Of a stretch of DNA of 64,000 bases, positions 15,688 to 26,233 are shown piece after piece (position 1 is the stretch's first letter; the number at the start of each line of letters is the position of its first letter). The translations under genes and the position numbers were made by a program. The notes beneath the pieces were generated by a model that had not been told where the DNA came from, searched no databases, and saw only the letters and a list, made by a program, of their open reading frames with translations. Origin of the DNA: Omnitrophica bacterium GWA2_41_15 (GTDB lineage Bacteria > Omnitrophota > Gorgyraeia > Gygaellales > UBA12090). The stretch is from NCBI GenBank assembly GCA_919902675.1, contig CAKKRH010000016.1, positions 8,789 through 72,788 of the forward strand, written 5' to 3'.

Positions 15688-16563
15688 ATGAAGGTTGAAG
15701 CCAAAAAATTAGACGCGAGTAAAGTGCAGTTGGATATTGAAGTTCCTCAGGAGACAGTAAAAAAGAAATTTGAAGAGGTGTATGAAAAAGTGGGCAAGGA
15801 AGCCAGGATTCCCGGTTTTCGCCCCGGGAAGGCCCCCAGGGATATATTAGAGAAGCATCACGGCCGGCTGATTCAGGATGAGGTAATCAAGGGTCTTATT
15901 CCTGAAGCCTACCGGGGTTCGATTGAGAGAGAAAAGATTGACGTGGTGGAGATGCCCGAGATAAGCCAGGTAAAATTAGAATCGCATATTTTGTCTTTTC
16001 GTGCGGTGGTTGAGGTAAAGCCACAGATAGAAATCAAGGATTATAAAAACATTAAGCTTAAATATAAAAAGATAGCTGTCGGGCCGCAAGAGATCGATAA
16101 GTCTTTAGACAGTTTTAAAGAAAGCCATAAAATATCCGCTCTTGACGATAAATTTGCCAAAGGTTTAGGTTATGCCGCGTTAGCTGATATGCGCGCCTCT
16201 ATCGAGCGCAGGCTTCTGACGCAAAAAGAGGATGAATTGAGGCGCCAGCTTCAAGAGGACCTGCTTAAGCAGATTTTAGATAAGGCGCGCTTTAGGGTTC
16301 CTCCGTCTTTGATTGCCCAGCGTTTGGAAGAATTAGTAAAGGATGCCAAGGTTCAGCTGGCCATCAGGCAGGTGCCCAGGGAGCAGATTGCCTCCCACGA
16401 TGAGAAGCTAAGAAAAGAACTCTCGCCTGAGGCCGAGTCTCAGGTTAAGACATTCTTAGTCTTAGAGGAAATCGCCAAAAGGGAAAATATAACCGATGCC
16501 GAACATTTAACTCAAAGAACAATTGAGTTTTTGTTAAGTGAAGCCAATTGGGTTGAAGAATAA
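15688..16563 (+). CDS. tig: Trigger factor lacking the central PPIase domain
   Basis: The N-terminal ribosome-binding signature GFRPGKAP is present. Residues ~150 onward (LDDKFAKGLG…RFRVPPSLI) match the start of the TF C-terminal domain directly. At 291 aa versus the usual ~430, no FKBP segment fits. Confidence 0.75.
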   Translation: MKVEAKKLDASKVQLDIEVPQETVKKKFEEVYEKVGKEARIPGFRPGKAPRDILEKHHGRLIQDEVIKGLIPEAYRGSIEREKIDVVEMPEISQVKLESHILSFRAVVEVKPQIEIKDYKNIKLKYKKIAVGPQEIDKSLDSFKESHKISALDDKFAKGLGYAALADMRASIERRLLTQKEDELRRQLQEDLLKQILDKARFRVPPSLIAQRLEELVKDAKVQLAIRQVPREQIASHDEKLRKELSPEAESQVKTFLVLEEIAKRENITDAEHLTQRTIEFLLSEANWVEE

Positions 16564-16570
16564 GTGAAGC

Positions 16571-16708
16571 TAAACCCTAAATCCGAAACCCTAAACTCTA
16601 AACAAACTAAAAATCATAAACTCGAAACTCAAAATAAATGTTTAAGATTTGGAGAATTTGGATTTGGGTAGGATTTGTTTAGGATTTAGAAGTTAGTGCT
16701 TAGGGTTT
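16571..16708 (+). repeat. CTAAACAAA-core long hairpin element (copy B, after tig)
   Basis: The outer 9 bp are perfect (aaaccctaa / ttagggttt). The core ctaaacaaa pairs with tttgtttag. The left arm has 3 G in ~70 nt and the right arm has 1 C. Confidence 0.8.
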
Positions 16709-16748
16709 ACCGTGCTATTAACAAAAACTTATAAGTAACGGAGGTAAA

Positions 16749-17357
16749 ATGAAGATACATGGACAGACATTGGTTCCGATGGTGGTAGAGCAGACCTCTA
16801 AAGGTTTTGAACGGGCTTATGATATATTCTCCCGCCTGCTTAAAGACAGGATTGTTTTTATTGGCACTCCGATTGACGACACCGTGGCTAATCTGGTTAT
16901 CGCTCAGATGCTTTTTCTGCAGATGGAGGATGTCAATAAAGAAATCAGTATTTATATTAATTCACCAGGAGGTTCGGTAACCGCGGGTATGGCAATTTAT
17001 GATACGATGCAGTTTGTAAAATGCGATGTGTCTACTTATTGCGTTGGCCAGGCTGCCAGCATGGCCGCGCTTTTACTTTGCGCCGGAAGCAAGGGTAAAC
17101 GTTTCTGCCTGCCTAATTCCCGGGTTATGATTCATCAGCCTTGGGGAGGGGTGCAGGGCCAGGCTTCGGATATTTCAATTCAGGCCAAGGAGATACTCCG
17201 CCTTCGGGACCGGATAAATGAGATTTTATCCCACCATACCGGCCAATCTTTAGAGAAAATCCAAAAAGACACCGACAGGGATTTTTTTATGTCCGGGGAT
17301 GAATCTAAAGCCTATGGATTGGTGGATGAAGTGGTGGCCGCGAAAATGAAGAAATAA
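16749..17357 (+). CDS. clpP: ATP-dependent Clp protease proteolytic subunit
   Basis: [17 protein letters not shown], catalytic-Ser block [11 protein letters not shown], and MIHQP. GGAGG lies upstream. Confidence 0.95.
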   Translation: MKIHGQTLVPMVVEQTSKGFERAYDIFSRLLKDRIVFIGTPIDDTVANLVIAQMLFLQMEDVNKEISIYINSPGGSVTAGMAIYDTMQFVKCDVSTYCVGQAASMAALLLCAGSKGKRFCLPNSRVMIHQPWGGVQGQASDISIQAKEILRLRDRINEILSHHTGQSLEKIQKDTDRDFFMSGDESKAYGLVDEVVAAKMKK

Positions 17358-17358
17358 T

Positions 17359-17451
17359 TTTAGTTTATAGAGTTTATTGAGTTTATAGAGTCTATTGAGT
17401 TAAGCTCAAAATAACTCAACTCAACAAACTCAAGCAACTCAATTAACTATA
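17359..17451 (+). repeat. Low-complexity hairpin built from ~9-mers, arms in inverted polarity (T/G arm first)
   Basis: Left arm agtttatag agtttattg agtttatag agtctattg. Right arm ctcaacaaa ctcaagcaa ctcaattaa. Located after clpP. Confidence 0.6.
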
Positions 17452-17470
17452 AGATGAGAGAGGATTTATT

Positions 17471-18607
17471 ATGCGAAAAAACTATCTATTGACTCCCGGT
17501 CCAACGCCGCTTCCTCCGCAGGTGTGCGAGGCCTTGGCCAAACCGATAATCCATCACCGCACCCCGCAATTTCAGGCCATCCTTAAGGAAGCGGCGGAGG
17601 GATTAAAGTATGTCTTTCAGACTAAGTCTGAGGTATTTATTTTATCTTCTTCCGGCACCGGGGCAATGGAGGCGGCTGTGGCCAATCTGCTGACTTCCGG
17701 CGACAGCGCGATAATCATTGAGGGCGGTAAATTCGGAGAGAGATGGACGGAGCTGTGTCAGGCTTACGGAATAAAACCTGAGGTGATTAAAGTTGTCTGG
17801 GGTAGGGTTTTTAATATTGAGGAGTTAAAGGATAAATTAAAGGCCTCTCAGGCCAAGGTGGTATTTGCTACTCTTTGCGAGACCTCTACCGGAGTTGACT
17901 TTGATATAAAGGCAATCGCTCACGTGGTGAAAAATAGCGCCGCGGTCCTGGCGGTGGACGCTATCAGCGGTTTAGGAGTGGTGGATTTAAAGACTGATGA
18001 ATGGGGAGTGGATATAGTGGTAAGTGGTTCGCAAAAGGGCCTGATGCTTCCTCCCGGCCTGGGTTTTATCAGCGTAAGTGAGAAAGCCTGGAAGTTGATT
18101 AATCAATCCAGGACTCCGCGCTATTATTTTGACTTGCGTTTAGCTAAGAAAGCCTGGGAGCAAACCGATACCCCTTTTACTACTTCGGTATCCTTGGTGG
18201 TGGCTTTAAACGCCGCCTTAAAGATGATTAAGGATGACGGCTTAGAGAATGTCTTTAAACGCTGTAGTAAATTAGCTCAAGGAATAAGGAGCGCGGCTAA
18301 GGCCTTGGGATTGAAACTTTTCGCGGATGAGGGATGTTCTTCGCGCGCCATTACCGCGGTGAATGTCCCGGTGGGCGTAGACGGTGAAAAGTTAGTTAAG
18401 ACGATGCGCGATGTGCATGGGATAACTATCGCCGGAGGCCAGGCCGAGCTTAAGGGAAAGGCCTTTCGAATTGCTTCAATGGGCTATCTCAATGAATTTG
18501 ATATAATTTTAGCTCTCTCCTGCCTGGAAAAGGTCTTACATCAGATGGGCTATAAATTTGAACTGGGCTCGGGCCTGAAAGCCGCCCAAGAGGTGTTTTT
18601 AACTTAA
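17471..18607 (+). CDS. Class-V aminotransferase (serine-pyruvate/AGT family; probably the phosphoserine aminotransferase partner of serA)
   Basis: 378 aa, with the PLP-lysine block VVSGSQKGLMLPPGLGF. It lies 18 nt upstream of serA. Confidence 0.7.
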   Translation: MRKNYLLTPGPTPLPPQVCEALAKPIIHHRTPQFQAILKEAAEGLKYVFQTKSEVFILSSSGTGAMEAAVANLLTSGDSAIIIEGGKFGERWTELCQAYGIKPEVIKVVWGRVFNIEELKDKLKASQAKVVFATLCETSTGVDFDIKAIAHVVKNSAAVLAVDAISGLGVVDLKTDEWGVDIVVSGSQKGLMLPPGLGFISVSEKAWKLINQSRTPRYYFDLRLAKKAWEQTDTPFTTSVSLVVALNAALKMIKDDGLENVFKRCSKLAQGIRSAAKALGLKLFADEGCSSRAITAVNVPVGVDGEKLVKTMRDVHGITIAGGQAELKGKAFRIASMGYLNEFDIILALSCLEKVLHQMGYKFELGSGLKAAQEVFLT

Positions 18608-18625
18608 ACCTGAGCGAGGAATCAG

Positions 18626-20212
18626 ATGATTAAAATATTAATTAGCGACAATTTGTCTGAAGAAGGACTAAAGATACTTAAAGAGGTAAAGGGCTTTGAG
18701 GTTGAGGTTAAGACTGAACTTAAACCGGATGAGCTTAAGGCGATAATTAAGGATTATGAGGCTTTGATAGTGCGCTCAGCCACCAAAGTTACCAGAGATA
18801 TTATTCAGTCCGGGACTAAGCTCAAGGTTATCGGCCGGGCTGGAGTAGGTTTGGATAATGTGGATCTTGAAGCCGCCACCAATAGAGGCATTATCGTGAT
18901 GAATACCCCGGGAGGGAATACCATTTCTACCGCTGAACATACTATGAGCATGCTTTTGGCTCTTTCCAGGAATATTCCCACTGCCGACCATTCCTTAAAG
19001 TCAGGAGAGTGGAAGCGCTCTAAGTTTATGGGGGTTGAGCTTTACGGAAAGACTTTAGGCATTTTGGGTTTAGGGAGGATTGGCAAAGAGGTTTCTAAGC
19101 GGGCGCTTTCTTTCGGGATGAAGGTGATTGCCTATGACCCATTCTTATCCATAGAGGTAGCCAATCAATTAGGGATAGAGGTGGTGGATTTAGGGCAGTT
19201 ATTCAAGGACTCGGATTTTATCAGCGTGCACAGCCCGCTTACTGAGGAGACCCGGCATATCATCTCGGATAAGGAAATAGCCTTGATGAAGACAGGCGTG
19301 CGTTTGATTAACTGCGCCCGAGGCGGGATAATCGATGAGGCGGCTCTTCTGAGAGGCTTAGAATCCGCTAAGATAGCCGGGGCGGCTTTGGATGTTTTTG
19401 AAAAGGAGCCTCCGGATTTTTCTTCGGCCCTTCTTAAGCATAAAAATGTGGTGATTACACCGCATTTAGGCGCCTCTACCGAAGAGGCCCAGGTTAATGT
19501 AGCGGTTGAGGTAGCTTTGTCGGTGCGGGATGCCCTCTTAAACAAGGGTATCCGTAACGCCGCTAACTTTCCCTGCCTGGCGGCAGAGGTCTGCCAGCTC
19601 TTACAGCCTTATATAACCTTGAGCGAAAAGCTGGGTATGCTGGCCGGACAACTCTTTGAAGGCAGGATATCCGAACTCAAAATAAGCTATACCGGAGAGA
19701 TAATTAAAAACGACCTTAGCCCTCTGACCATGGCTATTATTAAGGGAATCTTGACCCCGGTCTTGCAGGAGACGGTTAATTATATAAATGCCAAAAACTT
19801 GGCTAAAGAGCGGGGGATAAAGGTTTTAGAATCCAAGACCGAGAGGGAAGAGGATTTTACCAATCTTATTCTTTTAGAGGTAACTATTGAAGGAAGACGC
19901 TATAGCGTGGCCGGCACTCTCTTTACCAATAATGAGCCGCGCATCGTCAATGTGAACGGTTTGTATGTGGAAACTATACCCCAGGGTTATATGTTGTTTC
20001 TGGAGAATTGGGATAAGCCGGGAGTAATCGGAAGCCTGGGGATGCTCTTAGGTGGTAATGGAATTAATATTGCCGGAATGACTTTCGGAAGGGATAAACC
20101 GGGCGGAAAGGCGGTTTCGGCCTTAAACATTGACAGCCCGGTCTCAGCCAAGATTTTGGATGAGATAAGAAAGCTGGAGAATATCCTTTCGGTGAAGCTG
20201 GTGAAGCTGTAG
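18626..20212 (+). CDS. serA: D-3-phosphoglycerate dehydrogenase (long form with ASB + ACT domains)
   Basis: NAD-binding GILGLGRIGKEV, INCARGGIIDE and ITPHLGAST. The C-terminal ~200 aa extension ends with an ACT-like segment. Confidence 0.9.
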   Translation: MIKILISDNLSEEGLKILKEVKGFEVEVKTELKPDELKAIIKDYEALIVRSATKVTRDIIQSGTKLKVIGRAGVGLDNVDLEAATNRGIIVMNTPGGNTISTAEHTMSMLLALSRNIPTADHSLKSGEWKRSKFMGVELYGKTLGILGLGRIGKEVSKRALSFGMKVIAYDPFLSIEVANQLGIEVVDLGQLFKDSDFISVHSPLTEETRHIISDKEIALMKTGVRLINCARGGIIDEAALLRGLESAKIAGAALDVFEKEPPDFSSALLKHKNVVITPHLGASTEEAQVNVAVEVALSVRDALLNKGIRNAANFPCLAAEVCQLLQPYITLSEKLGMLAGQLFEGRISELKISYTGEIIKNDLSPLTMAIIKGILTPVLQETVNYINAKNLAKERGIKVLESKTEREEDFTNLILLEVTIEGRRYSVAGTLFTNNEPRIVNVNGLYVETIPQGYMLFLENWDKPGVIGSLGMLLGGNGINIAGMTFGRDKPGGKAVSALNIDSPVSAKILDEIRKLENILSVKLVKL

Positions 20213-20213
20213 T

Positions 20214-20245
20214 GCGCTGTTACATAAAATTTTTAATAACAGCGC
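20214..20245 (+). terminator. Hairpin directly after the serA stop (no clear U-tract)
   Basis: gcgctgtta / taacagcgc is a 9-bp perfect stem with a 14-nt A/T loop. Confidence 0.35.
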
Positions 20246-20249
20246 GAGA

Positions 20250-20329
20250 GAGCAATTGAGCAATCGACAATAGAACAATAGACAAGAAAAAAGCTCAATT
20301 GCGGTCTATTTTCTATTGTTCAATTGTTC
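20250..20329 (+). repeat. Low-complexity hairpin built from ~8-mers
   Basis: gagcaatt gagcaatc gacaatag aacaatag … gtctatt ttctatt gttcaatt gttc. Nested pairs: aatagac/gtctatt, aatagaa/ttctatt, gagcaattg/caattgttc. Confidence 0.6.
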
Positions 20330-20413
20330 AAAAACTTCTGTAACAATGTAGTAGGGGTCTGTGGCATAAATTGTTGACTCCGCTTGAATGACGCATTATC
20401 TATTTTCTAGTCA

Positions 20414-21574
20414 ATGAAGAAATTATTAAAAGTTTGTTGGTTTGCCGGTCTTTTGATTTTTGGTTTTATTGCCGCTTCTTACGCCGCGCCCGAGATTTCA
20501 TTGCCCGCGGGACGGGAATATGATTTAGGAGCTTTAGAAGAGGGTGAGCTTTATCAGCGTAGTTTTGTCATAGCCAATTCCGGAGATAAACCATTAGAGG
20601 TGAAGGTGGTTCGGGTGGGCTGCGGCTGTACCACCATCCTTCATCCCAAAAAAAAACTGGAGATTTCTCCGGGTGAGTCCATTGAGGCCAGGTTTAGTTT
20701 TAATACCGAGGGCATGGAGGGGATTGAAACCAAGTATATTTATATTGAGTCTAATGATCCTGAAACGCCTTTATTAAAACTTAAATTGATTGCTCAGGTC
20801 CAAAGAAAACAATCCGCGGCAATCAGACGTTTTCTCTCCTGGGGGCTTCTTGCGGTCGTGGGGGCAGGTTTGATTGACGGGATCAACCCTTGCGCCTTTA
20901 CTGTGCTGGTATTCTTTATCTCTTTCCTGAATTTCGTAGGTTACCGCAAAAGAGAGCTTTTAGTCCTGGGGATGGTCTTTATCTTGGCGGTATTCCTTAC
21001 ATATATCCTGCTGGGTTTGGGGCTGTTTAAGTTTATCCAGTCCCTGGAAGCGTTTGCCTGGTTCTCTAAGATTATTTATTTAGGCACCGCTTCTTTGGCT
21101 ATAATTTTAGGGATAGGTAGTCTTTATGACTGGTATATCTATCGCAAGACCGGTAATCCCGAGGACGTAAAATTAAGGCTTCCGGATTTTATCAAGCAAA
21201 AGATTCATAAAACCATTCAGAATTCCTCGCGTAACAAGAATAAGTCGTTGATAGAGCTGGCCATAGCGGTATTCTTAAGCGGTTTTATCGTTTCTCTTCT
21301 GGAGTCGGTTTGTACCGGGCAGACCTATATACCGACCATTGCCTACGTATTTAGGGAGCCGGGTTTAAGGATACACGCTACAGGATATTTGGTTTTATAT
21401 AACCTTATGTTTATTTTACCTTTGGTAGTTATTTTGATCGCGGGATTAGCCGGTGTCGGCTCAGAGGCCTTTTCCAGGTTGATGCGAAAACATTTAGGGA
21501 CAGTGAAATTATTGACCGCGGCTTTATTCTTTTTTCTGGGAATACTTTTATTTATGGCAAAAAGAGGGCTTTAA
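20414..21574 (+). CDS. DUF1573 domain fused to a CcdA/DsbD-like thiol-disulfide membrane domain
   Basis: A signal peptide is followed by FVIANSGDKPLEVKVVRVGCGCTT (DUF1573 pattern). About six TM helices follow, with GLIDGINPCAFTVLVFF and LESVCTGQTY (paired membrane Cys). Confidence 0.5.
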   Translation: MKKLLKVCWFAGLLIFGFIAASYAAPEISLPAGREYDLGALEEGELYQRSFVIANSGDKPLEVKVVRVGCGCTTILHPKKKLEISPGESIEARFSFNTEGMEGIETKYIYIESNDPETPLLKLKLIAQVQRKQSAAIRRFLSWGLLAVVGAGLIDGINPCAFTVLVFFISFLNFVGYRKRELLVLGMVFILAVFLTYILLGLGLFKFIQSLEAFAWFSKIIYLGTASLAIILGIGSLYDWYIYRKTGNPEDVKLRLPDFIKQKIHKTIQNSSRNKNKSLIELAIAVFLSGFIVSLLESVCTGQTYIPTIAYVFREPGLRIHATGYLVLYNLMFILPLVVILIAGLAGVGSEAFSRLMRKHLGTVKLLTAALFFFLGILLFMAKRGL

Positions 21575-21576
21575 AA

Positions 21577-23388
21577 ATGAGCTTGCGGCTAAAGGTTGAA
21601 TCTAAATTTCAAATTTTAGGAATTTTATCTCTGTCCTCTGTCCTCTGTTCTCTGTTTTCTGGTTATTGTTTCGCTGAAAAGATAACCATTCTTTACACCG
21701 GAGGAACCCATGCCGCGCTCTATCATTGTGATTGTCCTCACCAGCCGGACGGCGGAGTGGCCAGGAGAATGACTAAGGTCAAAGAGCTGCGCAAGGAAAA
21801 TCCTGATACTATTCTGGTGGATGCCGGAGGGTTTTTTGCCGCAGGAGAGCTGGATGAGCACAGTCAAGATGCTCAACTGGATAAAGCGCGCACCGAAATT
21901 AACCTGAAGGCCCTTGAGCTTATGGGCTATGATGCCGTGGCTGTCGGTGATGATGAATTTAACTTTGGCCGGGATTATTTATCCGCTCAAGCCAAAAAAT
22001 CAAGGATTGCCTTTTTATCCTGCAATCTGAAGATGGATGGCCTTAAGCCTTATCTGATTAAGAAAGTGTCCGGCCTTAACGTCGCTCTTATCGGCTTAAC
22101 TAATCCTCAAGTTAATGCCAAGTCGGCTGGATTGGAGGCAGGAGACCCCTATCAGGCTTTAGCCAGAACTATTTCAGAGGTCAAGAGAAATAAGGCCGAT
22201 GTGGTGGTAGTTTTAAGTTATCTGGGGGAAGAAGAAGATACTAAGCTGATTACCCAGATTGACGGCGTTGATGCTATTATTTGCGCCAAGCCTCAGGATA
22301 CTCAAGAGCCTTTCAGTAAAATCGGCAAAGGCCTCCTGGTCCGGGCCTCCCGGCAGGGCAGGCGTTTAGGAAAATTGGATATTGAATTAGAGAATAAGAA
22401 GATAAAAGAGACCAGGGTGGAGGATATCCGCTTATCTAAAGAAATAGCCGATTGGCCCCAGCTAAAAAAGCAAGTGCCGGCCTGTTTTGAGGATTCCGCC
22501 TGCCGCAAGGAAGGCTTAGTCGGTAAATGCCTTAATCCCGGAAAGATAAGTTCTTCTTGCGCTTATGAGAAACCCAAACAGATTTCTCTTTTGGTTATTC
22601 AGCCTAAGGATATAAAAGTCCTTCACCAGGAAAAATTTTTAAGCTTCTTAAGAAAGCTTTTTCCGGGGCTACAGGTTAATTTTATTGATTCTGATTCCGC
22701 ACCCGGTAAATCCTGGATAGTAAAAACTCAGGCAAAACTTTTACCAGTGTATCTGATTGCCAAGGACGTGGATACGCAAGGCGAATTCAAGGATATCAAG
22801 GATTTTGCCGAATTAAAAGATGATTATTATTGTTTAAGCCCGCGGCTTTCCGGCGGTTTGATATTCATTGGCCGGCCCAGGATAGCTAATACATTAGATG
22901 TCTTTATGGGAACTAAGGGTAATAAAGGCTCAGAGGTTTTATCCTTGTTAAGAGACCTCCGGGCCGGGCATAAAGAATTGGGTATTAAACTGCATTATTT
23001 GGCAATTGAGACTCAAAATGGTTTCGCCGCGCCCGCAGGCATAGCGGAATTAGAAGAGGATATGAGGCAGGTTTGTATCGCTAAATATCAGCCGGATAAG
23101 CTCTGGGATTACGCTCTCTGCCGTTTTAAAAACCAGGATAGTTCCTGGTGGGAGATTTGCGCCGAGCAGTTTGGGATTAATCCGGCAGCGATCAAGAAAT
23201 GCGCTCTTTCTCAAGAAGGGCTGGATTTATTAAGAGAAAACACCGCCTTGAACAAAGAGTTGGAAATGTCCATCGGGCCGGTGTTTTTGGTGAATAATAA
23301 TGAGGTATACGCGGCTAAAAATTTCAGCCGGGTTGAGGAGTTGGAAAAACTTTTAGGCTTAGCACCCGCGAAAAAAGATAAGGATTAA
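21577..23388 (+). CDS. Secreted protein: degenerate metallophosphoesterase/5'-nucleotidase-like N-half, Cys-rich thioredoxin/DsbA-like C-half
   Basis: ILVDAGGFF and MGYDAVAVGDDEFNFG resemble calcineurin-type blocks but lack the GNHE His. The C-terminus (…CALSQEGLDLLRENTALNKELEMSIGPVFLVNN) resembles a DsbA-family tail. Weak call. Confidence 0.35.
   Translation: MSLRLKVESKFQILGILSLSSVLCSLFSGYCFAEKITILYTGGTHAALYHCDCPHQPDGGVARRMTKVKELRKENPDTILVDAGGFFAAGELDEHSQDAQLDKARTEINLKALELMGYDAVAVGDDEFNFGRDYLSAQAKKSRIAFLSCNLKMDGLKPYLIKKVSGLNVALIGLTNPQVNAKSAGLEAGDPYQALARTISEVKRNKADVVVVLSYLGEEEDTKLITQIDGVDAIICAKPQDTQEPFSKIGKGLLVRASRQGRRLGKLDIELENKKIKETRVEDIRLSKEIADWPQLKKQVPACFEDSACRKEGLVGKCLNPGKISSSCAYEKPKQISLLVIQPKDIKVLHQEKFLSFLRKLFPGLQVNFIDSDSAPGKSWIVKTQAKLLPVYLIAKDVDTQGEFKDIKDFAELKDDYYCLSPRLSGGLIFIGRPRIANTLDVFMGTKGNKGSEVLSLLRDLRAGHKELGIKLHYLAIETQNGFAAPAGIAELEEDMRQVCIAKYQPDKLWDYALCRFKNQDSSWWEICAEQFGINPAAIKKCALSQEGLDLLRENTALNKELEMSIGPVFLVNNNEVYAAKNFSRVEELEKLLGLAPAKKDKD
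21629..21656 (+). repeat. In-CDS array of 4 heptamers (ctctgtc x2, ctctgtt x2)
   Basis: It lies in the signal-peptide coding part of the 21577 ORF (…LSLSSVLCSLFS…). Confidence 0.85.
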
Positions 23389-23410
23389 TAATCAGATTAT
23401 TCTTTGCTTT

Positions 23411-23437
23411 GCTGATCAGGATATCCTCCTGATCAGC
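23411..23437 (+). terminator. Hairpin after the 21577 ORF (no U-tract)
   Basis: gctgatcagga-tatcc-tcctgatcagc is an 11-bp perfect stem. Confidence 0.4.
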
Positions 23438-23480
23438 GGCTCAGGCGGGATTGGAAGAACATTATTTAAGAGGTGAGAAA

Positions 23481-24719
23481 ATGAAACAACCAAAAATTTA
23501 TATTCTGGATGTAACCAATCGCGACGGGGTGCAGACCTCGCGGATATGTCTTTCCAAGTTAGAAAAGACAATGATTAATGTGTATTTGAATCAGATGGGA
23601 GCGGCTCAATCCGAGTTCGGCTTTCCCGTTACCCGTCATGAAACTAATTACCTGAATGCCAATCTGGAGCTGGCTGAAGAAGGGTTTCTGTCTCCGATAA
23701 TCTTGAGCGGCTGGATGCGGGCGACTAAGGAGGATGTAAAGGAGAGCTTTAAGCTTGTTCCCAGGTTAAAGTATGTCAATCTCTCCATATCAACATCCGA
23801 CCAGATGATCGTGCATAAGTTTAAAGGAAAATTAGACCACGCTTCCGTAATCAAGGAGATGGCTGAGAGCGTGAAGCTGGCCAGGAAGCATGGCGCTGAA
23901 ATTATCGGGGTAAACGCCGAGGATGCCTCAAGGACCCGGATGGATTATTTAATTGAGTTTGCCCTGGCGGCTAAAGATGCCGGGGCCGACCGTATTCGCT
24001 ATTGCGATACATTAGGCTGTGACAGCCCGTTTACTATGTATGATAGAATAAGGCTTTTAGCCGACGCGGTAAAATTACCCATTGAAATTCATTGCCATAA
24101 TGATTTGGGAATGGTGGTGGCCAATTCCGTCTCCGGGGCCAAGGCCGCCCTTGATGCCGGGGTGGATGCCTATATTAATACCTGTGTCAACGGTATGGGC
24201 GAGCGGGCCGGAAACGCTGACTTAGTGAGCGTCCTACTGGCCTTAAAATACGCCGGCGGCTTTGAGGAGAAGTATGTTTTGGATGAAAGGATAAATCTAA
24301 AGGAGGCCTGGAAGATATGCAAATACGCTTCTTACGCCTTTGGCGTGCCTATCCCCATAAATCAGCCCGGGATAGGCTCAAATGCCTTTGCCCATGAATC
24401 CGGTATCCATGCCGATGGAGCCCTTAAAGACAGGAAAAACTATGAGCTTTATGATTTTGAAGAGCTGGGCCGGGGCGAGCCTGAGATTATTGAGACGGGA
24501 CGCAAGATTACCGCCGGGGAATATTCCGGGATCAAGGGCTTCCGCAACGTCTACGAGAAGCTGGAGGTGGAGTTCAAGGATGATGCCCAAGCCACTGAAA
24601 TCTTAGAGTTGGTGCGTTATGCCAATGTGCACAACCAGAAGCCGCTGGTGGATGATGAGTTAAAGTTTATCGCCAAACATCCTAAAATAGCCAGGAAGAT
24701 TTTTACGATGACGCCGTAA
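23481..24719 (+). CDS. Homocitrate / 2-isopropylmalate / citramalate synthase family enzyme (HMGL-like)
   Basis: ILDVTNRDGVQT and EIHCHNDLGMVVANS. ATG 23481 follows AGAGGTGAG. The ORF track starts it at TTG 23451. Confidence 0.75.
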   Translation: MKQPKIYILDVTNRDGVQTSRICLSKLEKTMINVYLNQMGAAQSEFGFPVTRHETNYLNANLELAEEGFLSPIILSGWMRATKEDVKESFKLVPRLKYVNLSISTSDQMIVHKFKGKLDHASVIKEMAESVKLARKHGAEIIGVNAEDASRTRMDYLIEFALAAKDAGADRIRYCDTLGCDSPFTMYDRIRLLADAVKLPIEIHCHNDLGMVVANSVSGAKAALDAGVDAYINTCVNGMGERAGNADLVSVLLALKYAGGFEEKYVLDERINLKEAWKICKYASYAFGVPIPINQPGIGSNAFAHESGIHADGALKDRKNYELYDFEELGRGEPEIIETGRKITAGEYSGIKGFRNVYEKLEVEFKDDAQATEILELVRYANVHNQKPLVDDELKFIAKHPKIARKIFTMTP

Positions 24720-24729
24720 TGTAAAAACC

Positions 24730-26211
<1,482 letters not shown>

Positions 26212-26233
26212 AAAAATAGGAGGGATTTAGAAA

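Noticed and set aside
20216-20227. 12-mer gctgttacataa after serA, recurring as its reverse complement at 47444-47455. Related tgttaca/tgtaaca words occur at 20338 and 36166.
   Set aside because: It is statistically a little unexpected, but there are only two full copies and no consistent distance to promoters or starts. The evidence is insufficient for an operator call.
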